DNA from: Octopus sinensis | Lineage: Eukaryota | DNA length: 64,000 nt | Direction: 5' to 3' | Assembly: GCF_006345805.1 (NCBI RefSeq) | Contig: NC_043015.1 | Span: 5,952,001-6,016,000, forward strand | Part shown: positions 29,203 through 41,792 of the stretch, piece after piece | How positions within the stretch are numbered: position 1 is the first letter of the stretch | Layout: each line of letters begins with the position of its first letter | The notes under the pieces: model-generated | Database searches by the model: none | Told to the model about the DNA's origin: nothing | Seen by the model: the letters and a program-made list of their open reading frames with translations, nothing else | Translations under genes and position numbers: made by a program

Positions 29203-29826
29203 TATTACATATACATAATATAATTACAGTTATAAATGCAATTATATTATTACATATACATGAAATAATTACAGTAATTAGAATTATTACAAAATTCTAA
29301 TGTTTTTAGCTATAAGATATTGGGTAACTGCTAGATAGATATATTTCCCAACATACACATCAGCGTATATTAAAGTGTGACGCAAAGTGATGCGTGTAAA
29401 TTCTTGGGCATAAGACCTACACTGTGTAAAGTAGCAGGCGGGTGAATAATTTCTAAAGATAAACGATCACACATACATATACACACACATAATCAGTGTA
29501 TCGTAGCCACTCGTAAGTCAAATGTAGTTCTTTAGATTTTGTAAATGATGACCTCAGGGGATTTTCCCTTTCATATACCTTTAAGTACCTGAAAATGGGC
29601 ACACATTTAATACCGGTTCAAAAACATTACAGGATTCCAAAAACCTTATTATATTTCCATCGCAAGAAGATATTCAATATTCTAAATCTTATTTTGCTTT
29701 TCTCAAGAGAACTCTTCTCTTATTGAAGAGATTACTTGCCACATTTATACATTCATCCATGAAAAGAGAATACAAGAGTTAACTATTCCAATATAAAAAA
29801 GCCAGGTACACATGTATGTGTGTATG

Positions 29827-29923
<97 letters not shown>

Positions 29924-30005
29924 ATATATATACATATTCTAATAGATATACTAATAAATATCGTCTTCTAGGTATTCAAAATATGTATACATTTTACTGA
30001 GATAC

Positions 30006-30042
<37 letters not shown>

Positions 30043-30095
30043 GTTTAAATATTTGTTGTGCAAGATTTTTTATGTGAAGTCGTGTGTTGAAACAG

Positions 30096-30322
30096 ATATT
30101 GTTATATTTCGGAATGGCTGACGGTTAGTAAGGAGAGACACAAATAAGTAAGAAGAAAACAAAGGACCACTGATACGGTCACAGGAGTGTGACGAAAGAA
30201 CTCTGGCCGAAATAAGATTAAGTTTAATGTAAAAAATAAATAACACACTAAGCAAAATAACACCAAATATATAGTGCGTGTGTTTTATTGGCTAAACTGG
30301 CAATATGACCATTCCGAAATAT

Positions 30323-30330
<8 letters not shown>
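30096..30330 (+). mobile_element. 235-bp unit with 22-bp inverted ends, containing a hammerhead-like motif and ending in (TA)n
   Basis: atattgttatatttcggaatgg (30096-30117) is the exact reverse complement of 30309-30330. Confidence 0.6.
30164..30208 (+). ncRNA. Decayed hammerhead ribozyme motif
   Basis: Stem I GGACCA/TGGCC; core CTGAT-ACG (G8/A9 altered); perfect stem II GTCACA-GGAG-TGTGAC; GAAA; stem III AGAACT (one change from the palindrome AGATCT), followed by C. Confidence 0.55.
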
Positions 30331-30379
<49 letters not shown>

Positions 30380-30383
<4 letters not shown>

Positions 30384-30934
30384 GGGTCTCAATAAAATGT
30401 ATACACACTTTAAATACCTACAAAGGCGATACTTATCAGTAGATAATTCACATTTGCCAATAAGAATAGATGATAACGTGGAGTCTTAGCGTTGAACACA
30501 TGAAATTCACCCGAAAATGCTATTGGAAGTATGAAACACAGTTGAAGTCCAAAGACATTATAAAAGACAATTTCAATCACACCCATCTACGCGAGTAACC
30601 ATCTCTTGAATCATTAATAAGTTTGTTGAATTGAGAGATCCCATTGACCAAGAATGCACTCAAATACCTAATGACATGTTTCTTCCCGTTATTGATTCTT
30701 TTACTTACCGCTAGATATTAATTTGAAAACAGACGATAGCAAAATCTTTAAAGAATCGAATCAAATGGATTCTACTTGATTTAAATTATTTAATTTGTGC
30801 AAACATTTCATGGGTATTTAAATGCTTTTCAGCTATGTCTGTAGATCATATTACTCTTTAAAAAACTAGGTATACTAATAAATATTGCCTTCATAAGTAT
30901 TCAAAGTGCTTATACATTTTATTGAGACACTCTG
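30380..30934 (+). mobile_element. Non-autonomous Tc1/mariner-family element
   Basis: 32-bp TIRs cagagggtctcaataaaatgtatacacacttt (30380-30411) and 30903-30934 (29/32 match), inserted at the end of a (TA)n tract. Interior retains a YWKYET..TRVTIS*IINKF-like transposase N-terminal remnant. Confidence 0.8.
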
Positions 30935-30942
30935 TGTGTGTG

Positions 30943-30991
<49 letters not shown>

Positions 30992-31034
30992 GTGTGTATG
31001 TATGTGAATATACATGCATATTTACACATATATT

Positions 31035-31089
<55 letters not shown>

Positions 31090-31093
<4 letters not shown>

Positions 31094-32110
31094 AATAAAA
31101 TAGAACATATGCATATATATAAACATATATGTACGTACCTACCTCTACATGTACATATACACGCATATATGTGTACAGGACACCAAAAAGACGTCGAACA
31201 CATAGAGAGACGAAAAACATAGACACAAACCAAGGAACAAGACAAGCAAAAAAAGAAAGAGATACAGAACAATAAGCACAACGAAAAATCCCCTTCTTCA
31301 GTCGCTAAGGTTTCATCTACTAAACGTTTCGAAGGATAAAAGCGAGACGTATACTTCGAAGAAACTTCCTTCCTGCGAAAAGCAAATCAATTAAAATTCT
31401 GAGATCTTTTCGCAGAGGGGTAAAAAAAGCAAGACGGTAACGACAGTACAAACATATAAACAGTAAAAAATATATATATAAACAGTGGGAAAATAAATAT
31501 ATAACAGTGAGAGACAGGACAAGGAGAACAAGATAACGCCAGACGAAAAAAGTATTGCAAACGCTGGATTATAGTGGACGACGAGAGAGAAAGAATGTCG
31601 ACCAGTAGCCTTAGAAGGCGGGCGAGAAAAGACAGGATAGCAGTTACGACGGAAGTATCGTCGCAGATGGACGACGGGAATGGGGGAGGAGGAGCAAGAG
31701 GAAGAGAGAGAAGAAGGGGAATGGTGCGAGGAGACCATGAAGAACGGTGAGGGGGAGAGAGAGAGGAAGAGACAAGTTAAGTGAGGGAAAAAAGACGAAA
31801 AAGGGAATGGGAGAGAAAGAAAGATGCAGAGTCGCGTGAGAGTTAATATCAAGGCTAACTTGATAAACAGAACAATCTTACTTAATAGGGTGCGTGCGTT
31901 TAGTCGTATAATATGTTAATAAAATAGAACATATGCATATATATAAACATATATGTACGTACCTACCTCTACATGTACATATACACGCATATATGTGTAC
32001 AGGACACCAAAAAGACGTCGAACACATAGAGAGACGAAAAACATAGACACAAACCAAGGAACAAGACAAGCAAAAAAAGAAGAGATACAGGACAATAAGC
32101 ACAACGAAAA

Positions 32111-32112
<2 letters not shown>
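31090..32112 (-). mobile_element. Non-coding element with 200-bp terminal direct repeats (pseudo-LTR-like partial tandem) inside (TA)n
   Basis: 31090-31289 and 31914-32112 differ by 1 substitution and 1 indel; period 824 bp; (TA)n on both sides. Hammerhead-like half motifs at 31281-31340. Strand is inferred from those motifs. Confidence 0.75.
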
Positions 32113-32142
<30 letters not shown>

Positions 32143-32218
32143 TATATATAATATATATATCATCATGATCAACGTGACTGATCAGGCTACCAGATGTTGC
32201 TACATATCGCTGGTCACA

Positions 32219-32260
<42 letters not shown>

Positions 32261-32311
32261 ATTTCTCTATCCGCCTATCTATTTATGTATGTATCAATCC
32301 ATGTTTCCAGA

Positions 32312-32362
<51 letters not shown>

Positions 32363-32559
32363 ATATCTATCTATCTCGTTAACTATCAATCTACCTATAT
32401 GTGTGTGTGTGTGTGTGTACATACATACATATATAATGTTTGTTGTTTTATTTTTAACAGTATTCACTTGCGAACTTGTAGAGCTTAGTAACAGGTGCCG
32501 TATATTCATTGTTTTAAGTAACTTTATAGCTGCAAGCAGAAATAGATAGTTTCTCGTCC

Positions 32560-33270
32560 CCTCACCAGCTTTTATTTGTTTCTTTACTAACGTTAGCAGG
32601 GTGATGATATTAATGGTAGCAATAATTCCAAAATTGCAGTCAACCACATAAACGAACCCAGATTGATTTAACATCAACATTGTCATTATTACAAGTCTAT
32701 ATTACTTATTTTCGACATTTTATCATCATTAACATCAACTAACAGACTTGTCGTTATCATGTTATATTTTTTTAATTTGTGCGCAACAAGAAACTTAAGT
32801 TTTTTGCAGATGTTTCCATTAACATAAATATGTCATACGAATCTCTTTATATTTCTTTACATACTGTAAGCTTGGCAGAATTATGTGGGGGTCTGATATT
32901 ATCTTCTTGAAAATTTTCACCTCGACATGTTAGTGGGATTAAATCAGCACGATGTAAAGGTTTCCATAAAGAAGTGTCAATCGCTTTAAAGAGTGAAATG
33001 AATTGTTATTGTTGTTGTTTTTGTCTTCCAGTTTCGTTTTTGCTTTTGTTTAGCTACGGTCAACCCATATTCATAAGGCCAGCGATGAAAAGAATTAGAG
33101 CTGTTAGCATCCAATCTGTGTCTATATCTAGGATTGCATCGTTGTTTTGTGACTTAAAGAAGATTCGGTTGTTAGTTCTAGATTGGCGACCGGACATGGA
33201 AATTTGGAAATACAGATCATAAGATTGTCAACAGCTTAGTCTTTAATATCATTTACATCGTCATATTCAG
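32560..33270 (-). pseudogene. Possible very decayed PLE RT C-terminal region
   Basis: Scattered frames give RHRLDANSSNSF..PYEYGL, an IV(W)FNP-like segment and an N/Q-rich linker, in the same order as the 61-kb element. Many stops, weak match. Confidence 0.3.
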
Positions 33271-33275
33271 AATTG

Positions 33276-33321
<46 letters not shown>

Positions 33322-33447
33322 AAAGAAGTTTGAAAAAGCCACATTATAAGATAAATTTTAATCTCCAAGAAAATAAATAATTATTTTATATAGTGGCGTT
33401 TTTAAACTTCTTTTTTATAAATATATACCACAACGTATGGCACCTAC

Positions 33448-33516
<69 letters not shown>

Positions 33517-34659
33517 CATATAAATGGCGGTGCCCCAGCATGGCCACAGCTGATGAGCTGAAACTAGAATCAATCAATCAATCATACATATACATACATA
33601 ACATACATACATACATATATATATCGGCTAAAGTTATGCTTGCATAATCTTATATTTCTATTAGATACTTTGGAAGGACGATGTGTATTTTGCACTCATT
33701 AATGCTGGAAAATAATGAATAACAGCAATTTCGATATGGAATTAATTGATACGGGGTAACATTGGGCAAATTAACTGCGTATTATGGAGTATTACACACA
33801 TGCAATATAGCGAGCTTCTCGATTATCTAATATTAACCTCGTAAGTAGTAGACACAAGTCCAAGTCACTTACTCTTGTCAGTCTATGTATTTCTGTAACG
33901 CAGATGCCGATGGACTCATTAACACCTCTTATATTTAATGTTAACACCCCCACTCGCTTATCGTTTATTTTTGTTTATATTGTTTATATTTTTTATACCC
34001 TTATTAGTTTGTATGTGTACATACTTGTTTGCCCACACAAAGCGTAGGCTGTTCTAACAGCTCCCCGATTGTGTGTTTGTCTTCTTTCCCTCATTGACCT
34101 TTACGAACTTGTCACTCTCACTGAATATTTTTTTATATATATAGACAGTCTCACAGCCTTTCGTTTACTTATCATTTTTCTAAATGCGAGTGTTTGTATG
34201 TGCCTCCAGCTGTGTTCAAGTATGTGTGTGTATAACGACCGTATTTTACATCAATACATCAAAGCGAACTCTGGATCTTGGTTTAGTTTTAATACATTTA
34301 TTACTTTTATGTACTGAAGGATAGTTAGGGCTCTTCAAATCCAGCCGTGGTTAATTTTGCCTGAAATCTTTTCGTGGAGAAAATAAAATACCAATCAAGT
34401 GCTTGTATCGGTGTAAATGACAAACCCACACTCCAAACCTCTTGGCCTAGTCCTTAAATTTGAAAGTATCATTAACAAAGGAAATTTCTGCTATACATAC
34501 TTAAGACCCATACATCTGTTGGTGTGGTTGTTTTTGCTGCTGCTGGTGTTGCTGTTGGTGGGGTGTGTGGTATTTAGACTAATGACTATACCGTCATTTA
34601 TTCTTATATAGAAAATCACGGACCACTCTTCAAGTGTCATATATCATATATATATTGGT

Positions 34660-35110
34660 TTCAGATTTTGGCACAAGGCCTATAATATCGGGGGGTGAAT
34701 GTAAGTCGATTACATTGATCCCAGTGATTAAGACGGCAAGCTGGCAGAATCGTTAGCACGCCGGGCGAAATGCTTATCGGTATTTCGTCTGCCGCTACGT
34801 TCTGAGTTCAAATTCCGCCGAGGTCGACTTTCCCTTTCATCCTTTCGGGGTCGATTAAATAAGTACCAGTTACGTACTGGGGTCGATATAATCGACTTAA
34901 TCTGTTCGTCTGTCATTGATTGTCCTCTCTGTGTTTAGTAAAGAAAGAGATTACGTTGATCCCAGTGGTCAACTGCTACTTATTTTATCGAACCTGAAAG
35001 TATGAAAGGCGAAGCCGACCTCTGCGAATTTTGAACTCAGAACGAAAAGACAGGCTGGACGCTGCTTAGCATTTTGTCCGTTGTGATAACAGCTCCGGAA
35101 GGTTGCCATA
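34660..35110. mobile_element. Young family A SINE (+, 34727-34948) nested in an older family A copy (-)
   Basis: 19-bp TSD gattac(a/g)ttgatcccagtg at 34708-34726 and 34949-34967 splits the host copy. Confidence 0.88.
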
Positions 35111-35496
35111 TTAACACTGCCAGATGGGATTAGATAAAAAAATTCGATTGCTATTTCCGAGCAGTTTCAGTTAATATATAGCAGCTAGAATGTAGGTTGT
35201 ATTCTCTACATGAATAATCATCGTTGGATTGTTGTTGATTGTCCCTCCAGTAGTGTGAAAGAGGGGATATATTTATTATTTAAGATTTACATACTGTGAC
35301 CATCGTTTTTGTTAGGGGTCTTCTTTATTTATTATTTATTTAGGCACGGGATATCCAAGAATGAATTGACTTATATCTCCTTTAGCTATTAAACGCGCTA
35401 TTGCGTGCAACATGACAGTGATTTATCTGAAAATACACTGTATGCCTGGATAAGCATGCATGCCTACATGCATACAGACACACACGCACAAACACA

Positions 35497-35543
<47 letters not shown>

Positions 35544-35619
35544 TCACACACACATTCTTGCAGCCATGCAAGGACGACAGCACATAACTTTAAACCTGAT
35601 GCTTATTCTATCGGTGTCA

Positions 35620-35935
35620 ATTTGTCGAACCGCTATTTTTCGGGGACGTAAACAGCCAAACTTGCCATCAAGTGATGGTGGTGGTCAAACAAACGCAAAG
35701 ACACATACACATAGTTACACACATTGCACTCTCTCACTCACTCTCTCTCTCTCTCTCTCTCAGTCTTTATATGTCTATCTGTCTATCTACCTATCTATCT
35801 ATGACGTGATACTTTCAGTTTCCGTATACCAAATCCACTCACAAGGTATTGGTCGGCCTAGGGCAATAGTAGAAGACACTTGCTCAGTTGCACTGAACCC
35901 GGAAGTATGAGAATGGGAAGCGAACTTCTTACCAA
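35620..35935 (-). mobile_element. SINE family B copy
   Basis: ggggacgtaaaca..ccaaatccactcacaagg..gaagacacttgc..ctgaacccgg. Confidence 0.8.
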
Positions 35936-38238
35936 GCGTGTGTTTAGGAACACATGATTGTACCTACGTGTGCACGAGTGTATATTTACAATATATTCCA
36001 TATTCCTTTCAGGGGTACCTTATTTGCTTTCTCTTACGTTCTTTAGCCCTTTTGTGAAACTTAATCTTTTATAATGTTCTATTTGTGTGCCCCCTTCAAT
36101 CCCCACTTCTTCACGACATGCTTTTACTCTACTTCAATTTCCTTGCAATGTGATATCCGTTTCTTGTTTGACATCTCGCTCTACACCAAATATTTGGATT
36201 CTGTTTTTCTACCGACGTCGGATTTCTTTCAGTTTAGCAAATTGAAAATTAGTAAAGCTTAAGTAACTGTCATATATCTCACTCTATTGGAATAATAATA
36301 AAGGGAATTAATCAAATGCCTAATAATCAAATATGAAATTCATTATTTACTTTCGTTTTTCTTTCTTTTCGTTTTTGTTTATCTTTCGTGCTCCAGCATG
36401 ATCTTTACTTCGCATCAGAAGCCCATAAAAAGCTCCAAAGAATAATAATGTTACGACCTAATTCTCCAATACTCCTAGTAATGAAGCACAATAAATATTT
36501 GCGGAAACTAACAAGAATACGCTGATAGAAATAATTAAATATTTTCATTGATAACAGAAAAGATATCTTACCAATAAATAGTTTGTACAAAACATAGGAA
36601 ATCGGAGCTGCTATGATTAACCTTTCCATTAATATTCAGTAGTTTGTTTGAAATGTCTTTATCATATATGTTTTATATATTTTGTATAAATTACTATGGT
36701 TGTTTGCCAATGTTGGATTTTCTTCACATTTTTCTTTGTGTGTGTCCAATTTTAATTCTATTTAATAGGATTTTGATTAATTTAAAATTAATGAAGAACC
36801 TCTTTAAATATAACCATCTCTTTATTATTCGTTTTATTATTTTACTTTGAAATATGTTATCATAGTCTTTGTTTTTTTGCATTTTATTTATTTATGTTTC
36901 ATTTAATTAAATCGAAACCCTCAACGTTTATCAGGATTCGCAGTTGTTATTTTAAATAATTAACGTTGCAACAGAGAAGGAACATAGAGAAATAGTTGCA
37001 GAAATATTCTCGATACTTTTAAAAGCCACAATAATAACACTGGGAAATCTTCTTTATCCATCATATAACCATGTGTGAACCCATAATACCAGCATTTCAA
37101 GAATTATTCTTTCTAATAGGCGGAGGCTCGTTTTTCAGAACGTGGTTTCCGGTCCAGTCTAATTACGATGGGATTGTTTTAATTTCCTTCTACCAAATCC
37201 ACTCACAAGTCTTAGAAAGATAGATAGATAGATATAAACATGTATCTGTGCTTGTGTGTGTGTGTGTATAAATATATAGGGTAAAAATTACTAAAAATAA
37301 TAATTAGTAGCGGTGGCCATCATGTTTAAAAATGTCCGCTGCTCTAATCAGTAGGCCATGTGCCTCCACGAAACAAATAGAGAGAATATATATTTTAAAA
37401 TGATATAAAATTCTTGTAATACCTCTCACTTCCAGCACAGAATTTTCAATTAGGCTGTGAAATATAATTATTTTTTCTCATGTTTGTTAAGAATACTGAA
37501 ATATTCACTATAACTTGATACGAGATGCATAATATAACTTAACTAGAGTCAGTTATCAAATTATGTATTCCATTTTATAATAGTATATTATTACTATGTG
37601 ATAATGTATTCTTTAGCATACTGCCCACTACTGATTATGCATTAAACCGATACGCATAAATTTGATTGCCAGTTATAATCTATTATTAATCAAATATAAT
37701 TTATTCAGTGTGGCTTTAACAAAATGGGTTCAGTTCTGTTGTTAATCATTAACATTTTGAATCTCCTGGGACAACGAATTATCGTTATCTCTGTTTGCGT
37801 TGTAAAACAAGCTTCTAGGGCATGTGTGAAGGAAACGAAATTAATAGAGAATGCAGCTATATATAAATAATTAACAAGAGTAATGCTGTTTACTGAACGT
37901 TAAACTATTTACGATCTGAATGCATAATCAAACATTCCCGACAATGGAAACTATTATCATAAGATAATTGAGTTGTATGATTCATTTGGTAATTCTAATA
38001 TAACACAAGATATGTCATGCTTGTTAATGACTACTGTCAATTGTTCTCATTTCTTATTCTTGTTAATATTGGTCGGGTTCCCAATGGAATAAAACTGGTA
38101 CTGTAACTGTTTAGTCATTTAAATGGAAATTATTAGGTGCATGCTGTGTGTGCGAATTTATGTATATACATATACATAAATATACATATGTATATGTATA
38201 TATATATAAGACCCACAAATATTTATACATATATGAGA

Positions 38239-38305
<67 letters not shown>

Positions 38306-38409
38306 AATATGTGTGTGCGTTCTTTTTTTGTTTTATTCTTTTATTTGTTTCAGTCATTTAATCGGTCCCATGACACATTCTTGTAAGCCTAGTAATTCTT
38401 CTATCGGTT

Positions 38410-38900
38410 TCTTTTGCCGAACCGCCAAGTTACGGGGAGGTAAACAAACCAACATTGGTTGTCAAGCGATGGTGGTGGGACAAACATAGAGACACACACA
38501 CACACACACACACACACTCAGAACAAACAAGAACAGGCAAACGGATTAAGTCGATTATATCGACTCCAGTGCGTAACTGGTACCTATTTAATCGACCCCG
38601 AAAGTATGAAAGGCAAAGTCGACCTCGGCGGAATTTGAACTCACAATGTAAAGACAGGCGAAATACCTGTTTCTTTACTACCCACAAGGGGCTAAACACA
38701 GAGGGGACGAACAAGGACATACAAACGGATTAAGTCGATGATATCGACCCCAGTGTGCGACTGGTATTTAATTTATCGAACCCGAAAGGATGAAAGGCAA
38801 AGTCAACCCCGGCGGAATTTGAACTCAGAACGCAGCGGCGGGCGAAATACCGCTAAGCATTTCGTCCAGCGTACTAACGATTCTGCCAGCTTGCTGCCTT
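38410..38900 (-). mobile_element. Family A dimer joined to a family B 3' end through a (CA)n tract
   Basis: Two A cores at 38530-38900; B 3' segment at 38410-38520. Confidence 0.82.
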
Positions 38901-38944
38901 ATCTTTATATTATATAATAATATCCAATATTATTAGTTACTTGA

Positions 38945-39160
38945 GGGAAGCGAGTTGGCAGACCCGTTAAACTTTCTGGAAAATATGCATAGCGGCATTT
39001 CTTCCGACTTTATGATCTAAGCTCATACGCCGCCGGGTTCGTCTTTGCCTTTCAACCTTTTAGGCTCGATAAAATAAGTACCAGTTGAGCAACGGGATCA
39101 GTCTAATCCACTAACTCTCTTCCCCAAAGTTGCTGGCCTTGTGTCAAAATTTGAAATCAA
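38945..39160 (+). mobile_element. Old SINE family A copy, divergent from the adjacent dimer
   Basis: gcgagttggcaga..ctcgataaaataagtaccag..ggccttgtg. Confidence 0.75.
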
Positions 39161-40384
39161 CATAAATTTCTTGTACCAAATATAGCGTACGAAAGTTTAA
39201 AGCAACCGATGTAATATAACTATTGAACTAAGATTTTTAAAGAAATTGAAATCCGAAAGATGAGGATTAGAAAAGCTCCGAAGCAGAGTATCTAGCATAG
39301 GAACAGCGATTAATGGAAGGAAGTATTGTTTTAGCAGTGTTAAAAGTAAACAACCAGTGAGTGCTGCATTCATTCGTTGAAGGCATGTCATGCTCAAGAA
39401 AACCAAGTACTTCTCGGCATAACTGCAGAAGTACACCCACCGCCGACTTCGTTACCATTCTTTCTCCATAATTTTTTTTTTTAAATGCATACTTTTTGAA
39501 TGAAATTTTCCAGCGTTACATTTTAGATGCAGATTACGATTTTAAGAGGAAAAAAAAAATTTGAAAAAGAAAATCTGTTTTTGAAGAACATCAAAACAAT
39601 CTTTTTTTTCTTTATAATGTGAATTTTTTTTTTAAGAAATTTTCCAGAGATAAGTTTTCGATGGTGTAGATTACGATTAATTTTTTTTTCCCTCTCAAAT
39701 TTTATCAAAATAATCTTACTCCACACACTCGAAAGCGTAGATCTGGAAAACTTCATTAAAAAAGTTGCATTTTAAAGAATGTTTTGAGGAGACACAATTC
39801 TGGAGGGAGTGATTTTCCGAAACTCTTCAAAAGAATTTTGTGAAACTTTTTCCAACACAATCGTAATCTGTAACATCAAAAATATTTCTCTTCAAAAGTT
39901 TCATTAAAAATATGCATTTTTAAAGAAAGTTATGGAAAAATAAAATCGGCTGGAGACACTTCTTTTTTGCTTTGCTGCTTTTTCCACTTGACCAAATAAA
40001 TCAGAATCACATTCAAGGTAGAATAAAAAGACAATAGCCTTTGTTTCGTCTATTTAATAGGAACTATCAAATGTGTTCCTGCCTATAACTATATCAATTG
40101 TGAAGTATTCATTAACGTGCTTTTAATATTAATTTATAGGAATTATGTTTGTGATGTTCCAATATCTTACAAGGGCTTACTTAAAGCTAAATATCATACT
40201 TTGTTTTCTATACAGAAGTAACTGTATTTTAGGTTTCAATTTTCCTTGATATCTTACTTCAATTTTTACATGGCATCAGTTGATATATCAATTACTCGTA
40301 CTCTACGTCACATACGTCATCGTCTTTTTTCTGATTATATCTTTCATCAGTTGTAATAACACAGGCTAATATAATTCATGGACA

Positions 40385-40562
40385 TACAAAATATTGTTTT
40401 CTACTCGAGGGAGAAGGCCTGAAATTTTGGGGGAGAGGGTCAGTCGATTAGATCGACCCCAGTACGCATCTGGTTCTTAATTTATCGACCCAGAAAGTAT
40501 GAAAGGCAAAGTCGATCTCGGCGTAACTTGAATTCTGAACGTAAAGACAGCTCGCCGCCTTA
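40385..40562 (-). mobile_element. SINE family A, internally deleted
   Basis: Head, core and alternative tail present; about 40 nt of the tRNA-like region are missing. Confidence 0.8.
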
Positions 40563-40803
40563 GATACCATCAAAATAATGAATGGTTACATATAGAGCGT
40601 TACATGTAAAAGGTCAGCGATTGGTGGGGACTAACAAGAAGCACAGCAACTACGGCAGCTACAAGAGCAACAACAGCATTAGGTGCAATAACGAAATCTT
40701 CTACAGATCGAAATATCTTTGGTTCTAATATAGGGAAAGCTGGAGTAAAATTTTATCGTTGTGGTATATTTTATCCTTATATTTATCCTTATATTTTATC
40801 CTT

Positions 40804-41089
40804 CACTAACTGGGAGGAAACGGCAAAAAACAGACCACTCTGGAAAACCACCATCCATGAGGGAACGGCGACTTTCGAGTCGAAAAGGTCTGCAGAGCTG
40901 GAGGAGAAAAGACGACGACGGAAGGAGCGCCAACAACAACGACGTGCGACTCTCCCTTCTGGCACTAGATGTCCGCACTGCGACCGATCTTTTCAAGCAA
41001 GAATTGGTCTTATCGGTCACCTACGGACTCACCAGTAAATTTGCGCGAAGACCATCATCCTCGACCTTGAGACATTGCCATCATCATCA
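40804..41089 (+). mobile_element. 5'-truncated RTE-clade LINE (C-terminal C2H2 zinc finger, 3' UTR, (CAT)n tail)
   Basis: Open frame 40805-41038: TNWEETAKNRPLWKTTIHEGTATFESKRSAELEEKRRRRKERQQQRRATLPSGTRCPHCDRSFQARIGLIGHLRTHQ*, a typical RTE ORF end. Tail catcatcatcat. TSD tttatcctt at 40795-40803 and 41090-41098. Confidence 0.88.
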
Positions 41090-41539
41090 TTTATCCTTAT
41101 ACTGAAACAAAGAAAACTTATGATGTTAAAAAGGAAATATACCCCTTACTTCATTTTCTAGCTTAGAGTAACAATGAGAGGAAAATAACAACCAGGCATA
41201 GTAAACCTATTTTCAGAGAAGTGTACAGCATGAGTCCTGGCCCATTATTTGCTGGAAAGCAATACTAAAGAAAATTAAAAGTGATACGAATCGACAATTG
41301 CTTTCTAGAAACAAACCTCACCACAAAATGAATAAATCTATAAATAAAAGTTTCTAGGTTGCTGATATCACAAAAGAAATAATAATGATAAATAAATAAA
41401 TAAATCAGGAGTAACACATGCATACACACACCTTCTTGAAAGCTCAGAGCAAAATAAAGATATATAATTGTCCCTGTATGAAAACTATTAAAAAGAAATA
41501 ATACAGTTGATTTGTAACGGTGCTATTTGGTTGATATTT

Positions 41540-41710
41540 TATTTCTTTATTGCCCACAGGGGGCTAAACAGAGAGGACAAACAAAGGGTATAAGTCGATT
41601 GCCTCTACCCCAGTGCGTAACTGGTAGTTATTTAATGGACCCCGAAAGCATGAAAAGCAAAGTCGAACTCGGCGGAGTTTGAACTCAAAACGATTATGCC
41701 AGCTCGCCGC
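41540..41710 (-). mobile_element. SINE family A, internally deleted
   Basis: cccacagggggctaaac..cccagtgcgtaactgg..tttgaactca..gccagctcgccgc. Confidence 0.8.
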
Positions 41711-41779
41711 AGAATAACGCAACAATAACAACAATGAAAGCGTGCTTCCACATGAACCAATTAAGTTGACATCCATTAC

Positions 41780-41792
41780 AGGTCAAAGGTCA
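41780..41792 (+). promoter_or_regulatory. Perfect DR1 nuclear-receptor element AGGTCA-A-AGGTCA (candidate)
   Basis: Exact consensus inside a GC-richer unique island (about 41720-41940). Function untested. Confidence 0.35.

Noticed and set aside
31391-31852. 153-aa minus-strand ORF inside the direct-repeat element
   Set aside because: S/L/F/P-rich product of a pyrimidine-rich tract, with no domain.
33548-33572. CTGATGAGCTGAAAC hammerhead-like string
   Set aside because: It is the standard family B SINE 3' end with one substitution; stems I and II are absent.
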